A DNA stretch of 64,000 nucleotides. It comes from Acidobacteriota bacterium (GTDB taxonomy: Bacteria; Acidobacteriota; Thermoanaerobaculia; Multivoradales; Multivoraceae). The stretch is taken from NCBI GenBank assembly GCA_036337765.1, contig JAYZDP010000104.1, forward strand, positions 3,764 to 67,763, given 5' to 3'. The notes under the pieces were generated by a model. It saw nothing but the letters and a program-made list of their open reading frames with translations, was not told the DNA's origin and did not search any database. This document shows positions 38,713 through 47,563 of this stretch, piece after piece; within the stretch, counting starts at the first letter, position 1; each line of letters begins with the position of its first letter. The position numbers were made by a program, and so were the translations under genes.

Positions 38713-40083
38713 TCAGTCGCCCTTCTTCGAATCGCCCCTTGCAAGGGTGATCTTTAGGGCCGGTGGCGTGATGAGGGTGGTGACCATGACCATGATGACG
38801 ACGGCCGAGAAGACCGAGATGTCGATGACCGGCTCGCCGTTGAGCACCAGCGCCGCGCCGATGCCGGCGAAGATCAGGCCGACCTCGCCGCGAGGCACCA
38901 TGCCGACGGCGATGGAGATCCTGTCGAGGCCCTTCTCGAGCACGCCGAGCGCGCAGACCATCTTGCCGATGATGGCCACCAGCGAAAGCAGCGCAGCGAA
39001 ACCCAGAACCTCGACCCGGCCCAGGCTCGATAGATCCACCTTCATACCGGTGACCACAAAAAAGATCGGCACTAGAAAGAGCGTGATCGGGTGCAGCAGC
39101 TCTTCGAGGTCGTGGTCTCCACGATCGAGAAAGTTCTTGTAGTGCAGCTTGTCGAGAATCAGGCCGGCGGAGAACGCTCCTACGATCGGCTCGAGGCCCA
39201 GCACCTTCGCCAGCCATGCGAGAAGGAAGCAGAACGCGAGCGAGAGCGCGATCAGAGTGCCCTGGATGCGCATGCGGAAGGCGGCGCCGAAGAGCTTCGG
39301 TGACAGCCAGCCGCCGATGATGAGCGCTCCGGCGAGAAAGGCGACCGCCTTGAAGATGATCAAGCCGACCTGGAGCAGTTCGAGCTCGGCGCCGGTGTTG
39401 GTGGCCGTGATGATGCCCGACACCACGGCGAGAATGACCAGGCCCAACACGTCATCGATTACCGCGGCGCCGAGGATGATCTTCGATTCGCGCGCCTGGA
39501 TCTTGCCCAGATCAGTGAGGACCCGCGCGGTGATGCCGACGCTGGTTGCGCACAGTGTGGCGCCCACGAAGACGTGGACCAGCGTGTGGTACTCGGGAAG
39601 CATCAGCGCCGAGATACCCCAGCCAAGAAAGAACGGGGCGACGACCCCGAGAAGCGCCACGGCCAGGCTCGACGTGCCGACCGACATCATCTCTTTGACG
39701 CTCGATTCGAGGCCGACCTCGAAGAGCAGCAGGATGACGCCGAGCTCGGCCAGGATCTCGATGCCGACGTTGTGCGAGATGAAGGCTAAACCGTCAAAGC
39801 CGACCAGGACGAGGTTTCCGAGGACGACGCCGGCGATGAGCTCGCCGAGGACGGCGGGCTGGCCGACGCGTTCCATGATCTCGCCGCCGAGCTTGGCCGC
39901 GGCGAGGATCACCACCAGCGCCAGCAGCACCGGCACCACGACGCTCTCGTGGCCGCCTCCCGAGTTGTCCTCGGCGTGCTCGGCCTCGGCCATGGCGGCG
40001 GTCTCGCCGCCGAACGGATCGCCGATGACCGAAAGCGCCAGACAGGCGATCACCAGCAGCAGCAGAATCGATCTGCGACGCAT
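38713..40083 (-). CDS. Cation:proton antiporter (CPA2 / Kef-type Na+/H+ exchanger family membrane protein). Start at MRRRSILLLLV.
   Basis: About 456 aa, 12-13 TM. Signal-like N-terminus. Na_H_Exchanger-like segments (GEIMERVGQPAVLGELIAGVVLG ...). Confidence 0.8.
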   Translation of the reverse strand: MRRRSILLLLVIACLALSVIGDPFGGETAAMAEAEHAEDNSGGGHESVVVPVLLALVVILAAAKLGGEIMERVGQPAVLGELIAGVVLGNLVLVGFDGLAFISHNVGIEILAELGVILLLFEVGLESSVKEMMSVGTSSLAVALLGVVAPFFLGWGISALMLPEYHTLVHVFVGATLCATSVGITARVLTDLGKIQARESKIILGAAVIDDVLGLVILAVVSGIITATNTGAELELLQVGLIIFKAVAFLAGALIIGGWLSPKLFGAAFRMRIQGTLIALSLAFCFLLAWLAKVLGLEPIVGAFSAGLILDKLHYKNFLDRGDHDLEELLHPITLFLVPIFFVVTGMKVDLSSLGRVEVLGFAALLSLVAIIGKMVCALGVLEKGLDRISIAVGMVPRGEVGLIFAGIGAALVLNGEPVIDISVFSAVVIMVMVTTLITPPALKITLARGDSKKGD

Positions 40084-40151
40084 TTTCAGGTCCCTTCTTA
40101 CTCTGCGAGAGTCGGGTATCCTAGCAGTCTGCTTCACGGCGCGAAGCCGCG

Positions 40152-43100
40152 GTGATTCCCCGACCGATGACGATCCGCGAGCCTGAATCCGTCGCTGCGG
40201 CCGGCGTGCTGGACGAGATCGAAGCGCGTCTTACGGGTTCGGCCGAGTTGCAGGCCCTGCTGCGCTGCGAAGGTGCCTTCGGTGGGCTGCCGATCGCGGC
40301 GGCCGCCTGGCTCCTGGAGATCTCGGCGCGAGCGGCCGACCGCCCTCTACTGGTGATCGTGCCGCGTGAGACCGAGGCGCGGGAATGGATGCAGGCGGCG
40401 ATCGGGCTGGGCCGGCGCGATGATGCGGTTTGGTTTCCGGCGCCGTCACTCAGCCCGTACCAGGAGGTGGAAACGCCGCTCTCGGTACGCGCACAGGAGG
40501 TTTCGGCTATCCATCGTGTGCTGTGCGCGGCGCGACCCACGGTGGTCTGTACGCCGCGCGCTCTCTTTCGTCGCCTACCGGCGCTCGACGACTTCCGCCG
40601 CGCCGTCAAGACCATTCACCGCCAGGGAGAGTACCGGGTCGAGGCGCTCGCCGAGTACCTGGTCCGTCAGGGGTACCACCACGCCGACCTGGTCACCGAG
40701 ACCGGCGAATTCGCGGTTCGGGGCGGGGTGATCGACATCTTTCCGCCCAACGAAGTCGAGCCGATCCGGCTCGATCTCTTCGGCGACACGATCGAGTCGA
40801 TCCGGGTGTTCGATCCGATCAGCCAGCGGTCGTCGCGCCACCTCGAACGGGTGGCGATCCTGCCGATGGATCTGTTCGGGTCGGGCCAGGCGGAGATCGA
40901 GCGCCTGGGGGCAGTTCTCTCCGAGCGGATGAGCCCCGACTGGGGGCTCGAAGCCGAGCGGAGGCTGGCGGGGCTGGTCGCCGGCGAGGCTTTTGCCGGT
41001 TGGGATCAGCTGCTTCCTCTGCTCGAAGACGAACCGGGATCGCTCACCGATCTGCTGCCGGGATTCTTGACGGTGGCCTACGACGTGCCGACGCTCAAGG
41101 CCGAGGTCGAGCACTTCGCCGAGCTTCTCGAGGATCAGTTCGAGAGTCGCCGCGAGGCGCGGGCACTGGCAGTGGCGCCGGAAGAGCTCACGTTTCCGCG
41201 CTCTGAGGTCGAAGCGACCCTCGAGGGAGCCGCGATCCGCATCGTCGAGCTCCCCACTGAGCGCGGGGTCGTCGACTTCCGGGGCGCCGCCACCGACGTC
41301 TTCCACAACCAGCTGCCGCGTTTCCCGCGCGAGGTCGAGACCGCTCGTGCACGCGGCGACCGGCTGGTGATCGCCGCTCCCGAGGAGCATCACCCGCGGG
41401 TGCGCGATGCGCTGGAGCCCTACGGCGTGCGCTTCGGCGGTGAGGGCGTCTCACTGATCGCCGGCGAGTTCGCGCGTGGTTTTCGGCTGCCGGCCGCCGG
41501 GGTGGTGCTCTACACCGAGGATCAGCTCTTTCCCCGCCGTCCTGCAGCTCGCCGCAAGAGCGATCGCCTCGGCGCCTTCTTCTCCGGTCTGCGCGACCTG
41601 CGAGTCGGTGACTTCGTCGTCCACTCCGAGCACGGCATCGGGCAGCTGGTCGGCTTGCGCTCTCTCGACGAGGGTGCGAGCGATCCCGCGCTGCCCCCCA
41701 CCCTGGCGGGGCTCGACGACAACGACGAAACTGCCGTCGAGGTGATGGAGATCGCCTATTCCGGCGGCCAGGTACTGCTCCTGCCGCTCAGCCGCCTCGA
41801 TCAGATCCAGCGCTACTCGGGTCTCGAAGGGGTCGACCCGCGTCTCGATCGACTGGGTGGCACGAGCTGGAAGAAGACCCAGAGCCGGGTGCGCTCGAGC
41901 GTACGGATCATGGCCAAGGAGCTCCTGAAGCTCTATGCCGAGCGCCAGCTCGCCGAGGCGCCGGCGATGGAGCCGGACAGTGACATGTTGCGTCAGTTCG
42001 AAGCCGCCTTCGAGTTCGAGGAGACCGAGGATCAGCTTGTGGCTACTGCCGCGATCAAGGAGGATCTCGAGAGCCAGCAGCCGATGGATCGCCTGCTGTG
42101 CGGCGACGTCGGCTTCGGCAAGACCGAGGTCGCCATGCGCGCCGCCTTCAAGGTGGTCGACTCCGGCTTCCAGGTTGCGATACTGGCGCCGACGACGATC
42201 CTCGCCGATCAGCACCTCGAGACCTTCCGGGCGCGGATGGCGCAGTTTCCGGTGAACGTCGAGATGGTGTCGCGCTTTCGGACCGCTGCCGCGGTGCGGG
42301 CCATCGCCAAGGAAGTCTCCCATCAGAAGGTCGACATGCTCGTCGGCACGCACCGGCTGCTGTCGAAGGACATCGAGTTCAAAAAGCTCGGCCTGGTGAT
42401 CATCGACGAGGAGCAGCGCTTCGGGGTGGCCCAGAAAGAGCGCCTCAAGCACCTGCGCCGCAACGTCCACGTGCTCGCCATGTCGGCGACCCCGGTGCCA
42501 CGGACGCTGCAGCTCTCGATCGCCGGCGTGCGCGACCTGTCGCTGATCGAGTCGCCGCCGAAAGACCGGATGGCGATCGAGACCCAGATCCTGCCCTTCT
42601 CGAAGGAGCTGATCCGTGAGGCGATCGAGGCCGAACTCGAGCGCAATGGCCAGGTCTACTACGTCTACAACCAGGTCGAGTCCATCGAACGCATGGCTAC
42701 GACGCTGCGCGAGCTGATTCCGGGGCTGCGTATCACGGTGGGTCACGGGCAGATGGACGAGCGTGAGCTGTCGCAACGAATGCACGCCTTCACTCGCGGC
42801 GAGCACGACGTGCTGGTGGCCTCGACGATCATCGAGAACGGCATCGACATCCCCAACGTCAACACCATGCTGGTGCATCGCGCCGACCGTTTCGGTCTCG
42901 CCCAGCTCTACCAGCTACGCGGTCGGGTCGGGCGCAGCCACCAGCTGGCGTACTGCTACCTGCTGATCCCCGGCGATCGGGTGCTGCCGCGCGACGCCCA
43001 CAAGCGCCTATCGGCGATCCGCGAGTTCACCGAGCTAGGAGCCGGCTTCCGGATCGCTGCCCGCGATCTCGAGATCCGCGGCGCCGGCAACCTCCTCGGC

Positions 43101-43640
43101 GCCGAACAGAGCGGTCACATCGCCGACGTGGGCATCGAGACCTACCTCAAACTGCTCGAGGAGACGATTCGCGAGCTCAAGGGCGAAGAGCCGGTGGCGG
43201 CGCCGTCGACCGCGATCGACCTTCCGCTCGATGTCGCGATCCCCGAAGACTACGTGCAGGACACCAATCTGCGCATGGGCATCTACCGCCGCCTGGGCTC
43301 GGGCACCGCGCCCAGCGGGGAGGTCCTGGAGGAGCTCGAAGATCGCTTCGGCACGGTGCCTGAAAGCGTCGTCCGGTTGGCTGCCCTTGCCGATCTGAAA
43401 CGCCTTGCCGAAGATCTTCGTGTCCAGTCGATCTCGGTCAAGAGGGGACAGGTTGTGCTGCGCTTCCGGCGCGACGCCAGGGTTGATGTCGATGCGCTGG
43501 CGCGTTTCGTCTCCGAGCAGCCGGCGGCGAGCTTCAGCCCGTCGGGTGTGTTGAGCCTGCCGCCCTGTGATCGCTCGGTGTGGCTCTCGGCCGCCCGCGA
43601 GGGCCTTGAGGCGATCGCCGGGGAGGGCGCGCAGCAGTGA
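40152..43640 (+). CDS. mfd: Transcription-repair coupling factor
   Basis: 1162 aa. UvrB-homology N-terminal region. Superfamily-2 helicase motifs (LLCGDVGFGKTEVAMRAAF, DEEQRFGV, HGQMDERELSQRMHAF). TRCF C-terminal domain. Confidence 0.95.
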   Translation: MIPRPMTIREPESVAAAGVLDEIEARLTGSAELQALLRCEGAFGGLPIAAAAWLLEISARAADRPLLVIVPRETEAREWMQAAIGLGRRDDAVWFPAPSLSPYQEVETPLSVRAQEVSAIHRVLCAARPTVVCTPRALFRRLPALDDFRRAVKTIHRQGEYRVEALAEYLVRQGYHHADLVTETGEFAVRGGVIDIFPPNEVEPIRLDLFGDTIESIRVFDPISQRSSRHLERVAILPMDLFGSGQAEIERLGAVLSERMSPDWGLEAERRLAGLVAGEAFAGWDQLLPLLEDEPGSLTDLLPGFLTVAYDVPTLKAEVEHFAELLEDQFESRREARALAVAPEELTFPRSEVEATLEGAAIRIVELPTERGVVDFRGAATDVFHNQLPRFPREVETARARGDRLVIAAPEEHHPRVRDALEPYGVRFGGEGVSLIAGEFARGFRLPAAGVVLYTEDQLFPRRPAARRKSDRLGAFFSGLRDLRVGDFVVHSEHGIGQLVGLRSLDEGASDPALPPTLAGLDDNDETAVEVMEIAYSGGQVLLLPLSRLDQIQRYSGLEGVDPRLDRLGGTSWKKTQSRVRSSVRIMAKELLKLYAERQLAEAPAMEPDSDMLRQFEAAFEFEETEDQLVATAAIKEDLESQQPMDRLLCGDVGFGKTEVAMRAAFKVVDSGFQVAILAPTTILADQHLETFRARMAQFPVNVEMVSRFRTAAAVRAIAKEVSHQKVDMLVGTHRLLSKDIEFKKLGLVIIDEEQRFGVAQKERLKHLRRNVHVLAMSATPVPRTLQLSIAGVRDLSLIESPPKDRMAIETQILPFSKELIREAIEAELERNGQVYYVYNQVESIERMATTLRELIPGLRITVGHGQMDERELSQRMHAFTRGEHDVLVASTIIENGIDIPNVNTMLVHRADRFGLAQLYQLRGRVGRSHQLAYCYLLIPGDRVLPRDAHKRLSAIREFTELGAGFRIAARDLEIRGAGNLLGAEQSGHIADVGIETYLKLLEETIRELKGEEPVAAPSTAIDLPLDVAIPEDYVQDTNLRMGIYRRLGSGTAPSGEVLEELEDRFGTVPESVVRLAALADLKRLAEDLRVQSISVKRGQVVLRFRRDARVDVDALARFVSEQPAASFSPSGVLSLPPCDRSVWLSAAREGLEAIAGEGAQQ

Positions 43641-44452
43641 GGGCGATCTGCGTCGTGGCTCTGGCGCTCTTCTCGTTGGCTGCGCTGAGCTGCGGAGACT
43701 CCGACCGGATCGCAACTGTCGGGGGCGACCCGGCGACATTCAGTGAGTTCGAGACCTTCGTAGCCGAGCGCGCCGGGGGCGAGTGGGCGTCGCTCGAGGA
43801 GACGGTCCTGGCCCGGCTGCTGAGAAGGTTTCTCGACGAGAAGCTGCTCGAACGCTGGGTGCGGGATGCAGGGGAGGTGCGGCGCGCCGAGCTGCCCCTG
43901 GAGGCCGTCGCGCGCCTGGTCGCCGCCCCGGTAGAGGTGAGTGCGGAGGACGTGCGTCGGCACCTTGCCGCGAACCCGGAGCTGCTGGCGCGACCGGAGC
44001 GAATCGAGCTCGGTCAGCTTCTTATTCCCGATCGCGCGATCGCGGCCGAGGTGCGATCTTTGATGGTCACTGGCGCGGGCTTCGCCCCCACGGCCGAGGC
44101 GGCCGGAGAACTGCAGGGGGTGGTGTACGGCGGATACCGGGAACTGGCCCGGGCCGATCTGCCGATCGCCTTCCGCGAGCGCCTCTTCGAGATGCAGGAG
44201 GGCGCCATCTCACCGGTAATCGAGGCGGACTACGGGTTTCACCTCTTTCACGTTGCGCGCCGCCACCCGGCGGAGACCTTGGCGTGGCAGGCGGTCGCGG
44301 AGGTCGTCCGCAAGAGCCTGCGATCCCAGGCGTCGCAGCGCATCGAGCGGGATATGCTCAGCCGAGCGAGCGAACGCTATCGAGTCGAGGTGATGGGCGG
44401 GAATTTGCCGTTTTCGTGGGATGTTGAGGATCGAGATGAAGCGGGTCTGTAG
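43637..44452 (+). CDS. Parvulin-type (PpiC) peptidyl-prolyl isomerase, lipoprotein
   Basis: Lipoprotein signal MRAICVVALALFSLAALSCG. SurA-N-like helical region. C-terminal PpiC segment ...SPVIEADYGFHLFHV.... Confidence 0.6.
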   Translation: MRAICVVALALFSLAALSCGDSDRIATVGGDPATFSEFETFVAERAGGEWASLEETVLARLLRRFLDEKLLERWVRDAGEVRRAELPLEAVARLVAAPVEVSAEDVRRHLAANPELLARPERIELGQLLIPDRAIAAEVRSLMVTGAGFAPTAEAAGELQGVVYGGYRELARADLPIAFRERLFEMQEGAISPVIEADYGFHLFHVARRHPAETLAWQAVAEVVRKSLRSQASQRIERDMLSRASERYRVEVMGGNLPFSWDVEDRDEAGL

Positions 44453-45506
44453 CAGTCTCTTCGCCCTTGCGGCGGTGCTCTTGGCGGTTCCGAGCCGAGC
44501 GGAGGTGGTGAATCGCGTGGTTGCACGGGTCAACGACCGGATCGCGACGTTGTACGACTACGAGACGCGCTTCCAGGACGGCCTGGCGCGTATTCGTGAG
44601 CTGCCGGCGGACCCCGTGGAGCGGGGCGAGTTCTTGGCGCAGCACGCCCGCGACACGATGAAGGCCGTTTTCGAAGAACTGCTGGTGCTGTCGCGGGCCG
44701 ATCAGCTGGGCGTGTTCGTCTCCGATACCGAGGTAGACGATGCCCTGATCGACATGCGCGAGCAGAACGATCTGCAGAACAACGACCAGTTCCGGGCCGC
44801 GCTGGCCGCGTCAGGAATCATCTACGAAGACCTCCTCGAGCAGTACCGGACCCAGCTCATGTTTCAGCGGGTGATGGGGCGCGAGGTCTACTCGCAGATC
44901 GACATCTCCGAGGAGGATCTGCGGCGCTACTACCGCGAGAACGAAGACGAGTTCCGCGAGCCGGAGAGACGCCAGATCAGAGAGATCGTCGTGCTCGACG
45001 CCACCGGTAGCGACAGCGCCGCGGCCGAACTGGCGTCGGTCGTGGTCGGCGCTCTGCGCGCAGGGCGCTCCTTCGAGGACGTTGCTGCCGACTACGACGA
45101 CGAGACCGTGTCATCGGTCATCGACGTGGGCTGGGTCACGCCTGGCGATCTCGACCCGAAGCTCGAGGAGGCGGTCTGGGCTCTTGAGGTGGGGGCCTAC
45201 GGCGACCCGGTGACTGCCCGCGGAGGGCTGCACGTCGCCCGGCTGATCGATCTCGAGGCGTCGGTGGTCAAGCCGTTCAAGGATGTCGAGGACGCCATCC
45301 ACCAGCAGCAACGGATGGCCGCGACCGAAGACCGTATCGACGGCTACCTGGTCGATCTCGAGGAGAACTCTTACCTCTTTCTCGATCCTCCGGAGGCGGC
45401 TGCGGGGTTTCGCACCGCAACCGGCGAAACCCCTTTGAGTGCTGAGTTTCCGATCCTGGACGCGGACCCGGGCTCGGCCGGCGCTGGCGATCCCTCCGAT
45501 CCGTAG
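44436..45506 (+). CDS. SurA-like periplasmic chaperone / parvulin-type peptidyl-prolyl isomerase. Start at MKRVCSS (alternative ATG 44421).
   Basis: Signal peptide MKRVCSSLFALAAVLLAVPSRAE. SurA N-terminal domain (VVARVNDRIATLYDYE...). Parvulin domain (GYRELARADL... / VGWVTPGDLDPKLEEAVWALEVGAYGDPVTARGGLHVARL). Confidence 0.7.
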   Translation: MKRVCSSLFALAAVLLAVPSRAEVVNRVVARVNDRIATLYDYETRFQDGLARIRELPADPVERGEFLAQHARDTMKAVFEELLVLSRADQLGVFVSDTEVDDALIDMREQNDLQNNDQFRAALAASGIIYEDLLEQYRTQLMFQRVMGREVYSQIDISEEDLRRYYRENEDEFREPERRQIREIVVLDATGSDSAAAELASVVVGALRAGRSFEDVAADYDDETVSSVIDVGWVTPGDLDPKLEEAVWALEVGAYGDPVTARGGLHVARLIDLEASVVKPFKDVEDAIHQQQRMAATEDRIDGYLVDLEENSYLFLDPPEAAAGFRTATGETPLSAEFPILDADPGSAGAGDPSDP

Positions 45507-45716
45507 CAGCGCATAAGGCTCGCTACCGGCTGCGGAGGCCGTGGTAGTCAGGGTTGCCGGGGCGTCGAATCTGTGGCGCGCTCATACCGCGACCTCCGCA
45601 GCTGTAGTTGTCCTTCCGGGGGGCGCTCGCCGCGCAGGCCCGGAGGGGACGCTTTCTCGACTCATGCGGCCGTGCCGCGGCGCGCGGTGCGGCGACGGAA
45701 TCGTGTCTTCGAGAAG

Positions 45717-45751
45717 TGGAGTAGGGTGGAAGAGTATGGACAAAAATGGAG
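45717..45751 (+). promoter_or_regulatory. Candidate MraZ operator: four direct repeats of (G/A)TGGA(G/A/C) spaced 9-10 bp, about 70 bp upstream of mraZ
   Basis: GTGGAG at 45717, GTGGAA at 45726, ATGGAC at 45736, ATGGAG at 45746. A perfect 7-bp inverted repeat CTTGTAG-N10-CTACAAG follows at 45763-45786. Local GC drop typical of a promoter region. Confidence 0.5.
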
Positions 45752-45820
45752 TAAGATGTTAGCTTGTAGACCTTAGGCCCTACAAGCAGGGAGTGAATTC
45801 CGTCTCGGGAGAATGGGGGT

Positions 45821-46261
45821 TTGGGCGAGTTTCGTGGCAGCGCTCCGGCAAAGATCGATGATAGGGGCCGCTTCAAGGTCCCGACCGGTTTTTTCCGTGC
45901 GTTCGAGGCCGGTTACGGGCCAGAGGTGTTCGTCACCTCGTTTCGGGGGGACTGTACCCACATATACCCCCTCGAGGTCTGGGACGACATCGAGAAGCAG
46001 CTCGCCAGGCTGCCTCGTACGGCGAGCGGAAAGCGGCGCTTTCTCGAGCGGGTCTCCTACTTCGGGCAAGAGGGTCGGCTCGACAGCCAGGGGCGCATCG
46101 TCATTCCGCCGATTCTCCGAGACAACGCAGGGATGGCGGGAGAAGTAGTGGTTCTGGGGCTTCAGGACCACCTCGAGATCTGGAATCGGGAGCGGTTCGA
46201 GATGCGGATGAAGGACGAGCCGCTCACGGACGACGATCTTGACGGATTGACGCTGCTCTAG
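45821..46261 (+). CDS. mraZ: Division/cell-wall cluster transcriptional regulator MraZ (TTG start)
   Basis: Two MraZ/SpoVT-AbrB repeats: ...KIDDRGRFKVPTGFFRAF... and ...LDSQGRIVIPPILRDNAG...LEIW. Confidence 0.85.
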   Translation: MGEFRGSAPAKIDDRGRFKVPTGFFRAFEAGYGPEVFVTSFRGDCTHIYPLEVWDDIEKQLARLPRTASGKRRFLERVSYFGQEGRLDSQGRIVIPPILRDNAGMAGEVVVLGLQDHLEIWNRERFEMRMKDEPLTDDDLDGLTLL

Positions 46262-46267
46262 GGGGTC

Positions 46268-47221
46268 TTGGACAGCGCCGAAAGCGGATGGAGGGGTTCG
46301 ATTCGGTTTGAGCATCAGCCGGTACTTTTGCAGGAGGTCGCGGGCTTCTGCCGGCCGAACGCCGGTGTGCTCGTCGACTGTACGGTCGGCCTCGGAGGGC
46401 ATGCCGAGCACCTCCTTGCGACCTATCCAGAGCTGCGGCTGGTCGGTATCGACCGCGACCCGGAAGCCTTGGACATCGCGGGACGGAGGCTTGAGCGCTT
46501 CGGCGACCGAGTGCAGCTGGCGGAGGGCCGGTTCTCGGAGCTCGAAGCCGTTCTGGACCGACTGCGAGTTGAGCGCCTCGGTGGGCTGGTTGCCGATCTC
46601 GGGGTCTCGTCTCTACACCTCGACAAGGCGGAGAGGGGCTTCTCGTTTCGCAGAGACGGGCCGCTGGACATGCGGATGGGTCGCGGCGAGCTGACCGCGG
46701 CGGAAATCGTCGATTCCTATTCGGAGGAGGACCTGGTGCGAATCTTCAGACAGTACGGCGAGGAAAGGCAGGCCCGTCGCGTCGCGCGTGCACTCATCCG
46801 GGAGCGGACCCAGGTCGCCGTGGAGACCACTCAGCAGCTGCGCGAGATCGTCTCCGAGGCCAAGACCGGGGGTGCACGGGGCCGCAAGATCGATCCCTCC
46901 ACCCACGTCTTTCAGGCGCTGCGCATGGAAGTCAACGAGGAGCTAGGGGAGCTGGAGGAGGTCCTCGACCAGGGTCTACGCCGGCTCGAGACCGGCGGCT
47001 CGCTGGTCGTCATCTCGTACCACAGCCTCGAGGATCGGATCGTCAAGCACACTCTGCGTGGTGCCGAGCGCGGTGATGTCGATCCGGTCACCGGCCGGTC
47101 GCGCAGCGAGACGCAGGTGCTCGAGGTGCTGACCAAGAAGCCCATCCGACCGTCGAGCGAGGAGGTGTCGCGCAACCCGCGCGCCCGCTCCGCTCGGCTA
47201 CGCGCCGCCCGGAGAATCTAG
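46268..47221 (+). CDS. rsmH: 16S rRNA (cytosine1402-N4)-methyltransferase
   Basis: HQPVLLQEVAGF, GVLVDCTVGLGGHAE, SAM-MTase motifs, C-terminal ...DRIVKH. Confidence 0.9.
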   Translation: MDSAESGWRGSIRFEHQPVLLQEVAGFCRPNAGVLVDCTVGLGGHAEHLLATYPELRLVGIDRDPEALDIAGRRLERFGDRVQLAEGRFSELEAVLDRLRVERLGGLVADLGVSSLHLDKAERGFSFRRDGPLDMRMGRGELTAAEIVDSYSEEDLVRIFRQYGEERQARRVARALIRERTQVAVETTQQLREIVSEAKTGGARGRKIDPSTHVFQALRMEVNEELGELEEVLDQGLRRLETGGSLVVISYHSLEDRIVKHTLRGAERGDVDPVTGRSRSETQVLEVLTKKPIRPSSEEVSRNPRARSARLRAARRI

Positions 47222-47563
47222 TTGGCCAACCCGTACGTCCGCCACCGTCCGGTCGAGAACCTGGTCCTGGTGCGCGAGCGCGACCGGCGGAAGATGCGGG
47301 AGCTCGCTTGGATGGCGGTGGCGGTACTGCCGCTCGCTGTGGTTCTGCTCGGCTACACCTGGGTGCGCCAGGAGATCGTCCAGACTGGCTACGAGGTGCG
47401 AAACCTCGAACGTCGGCTCGAGGAGAGGACGCGCGAAGAGCGCCTCAAGCGGCTCGAGCTGTCGCGGCTGAGCGCGCCCGAGAGGGTGGCCGAGGTGGCG
47501 ACCGGCGAGCTCGGCATGCACTTTCCTCCTATCGAGCAGCTGGTCTACGTGGTGCCGCAATGA
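47222..47563 (+). CDS. ftsL: Cell division protein FtsL
   Basis: 113 aa, single TM (MAVAVLPLAVVLLGYTWV) followed by coiled coil. Position between rsmH and ftsI. Confidence 0.6.
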   Translation: MANPYVRHRPVENLVLVRERDRRKMRELAWMAVAVLPLAVVLLGYTWVRQEIVQTGYEVRNLERRLEERTREERLKRLELSRLSAPERVAEVATGELGMHFPPIEQLVYVVPQ

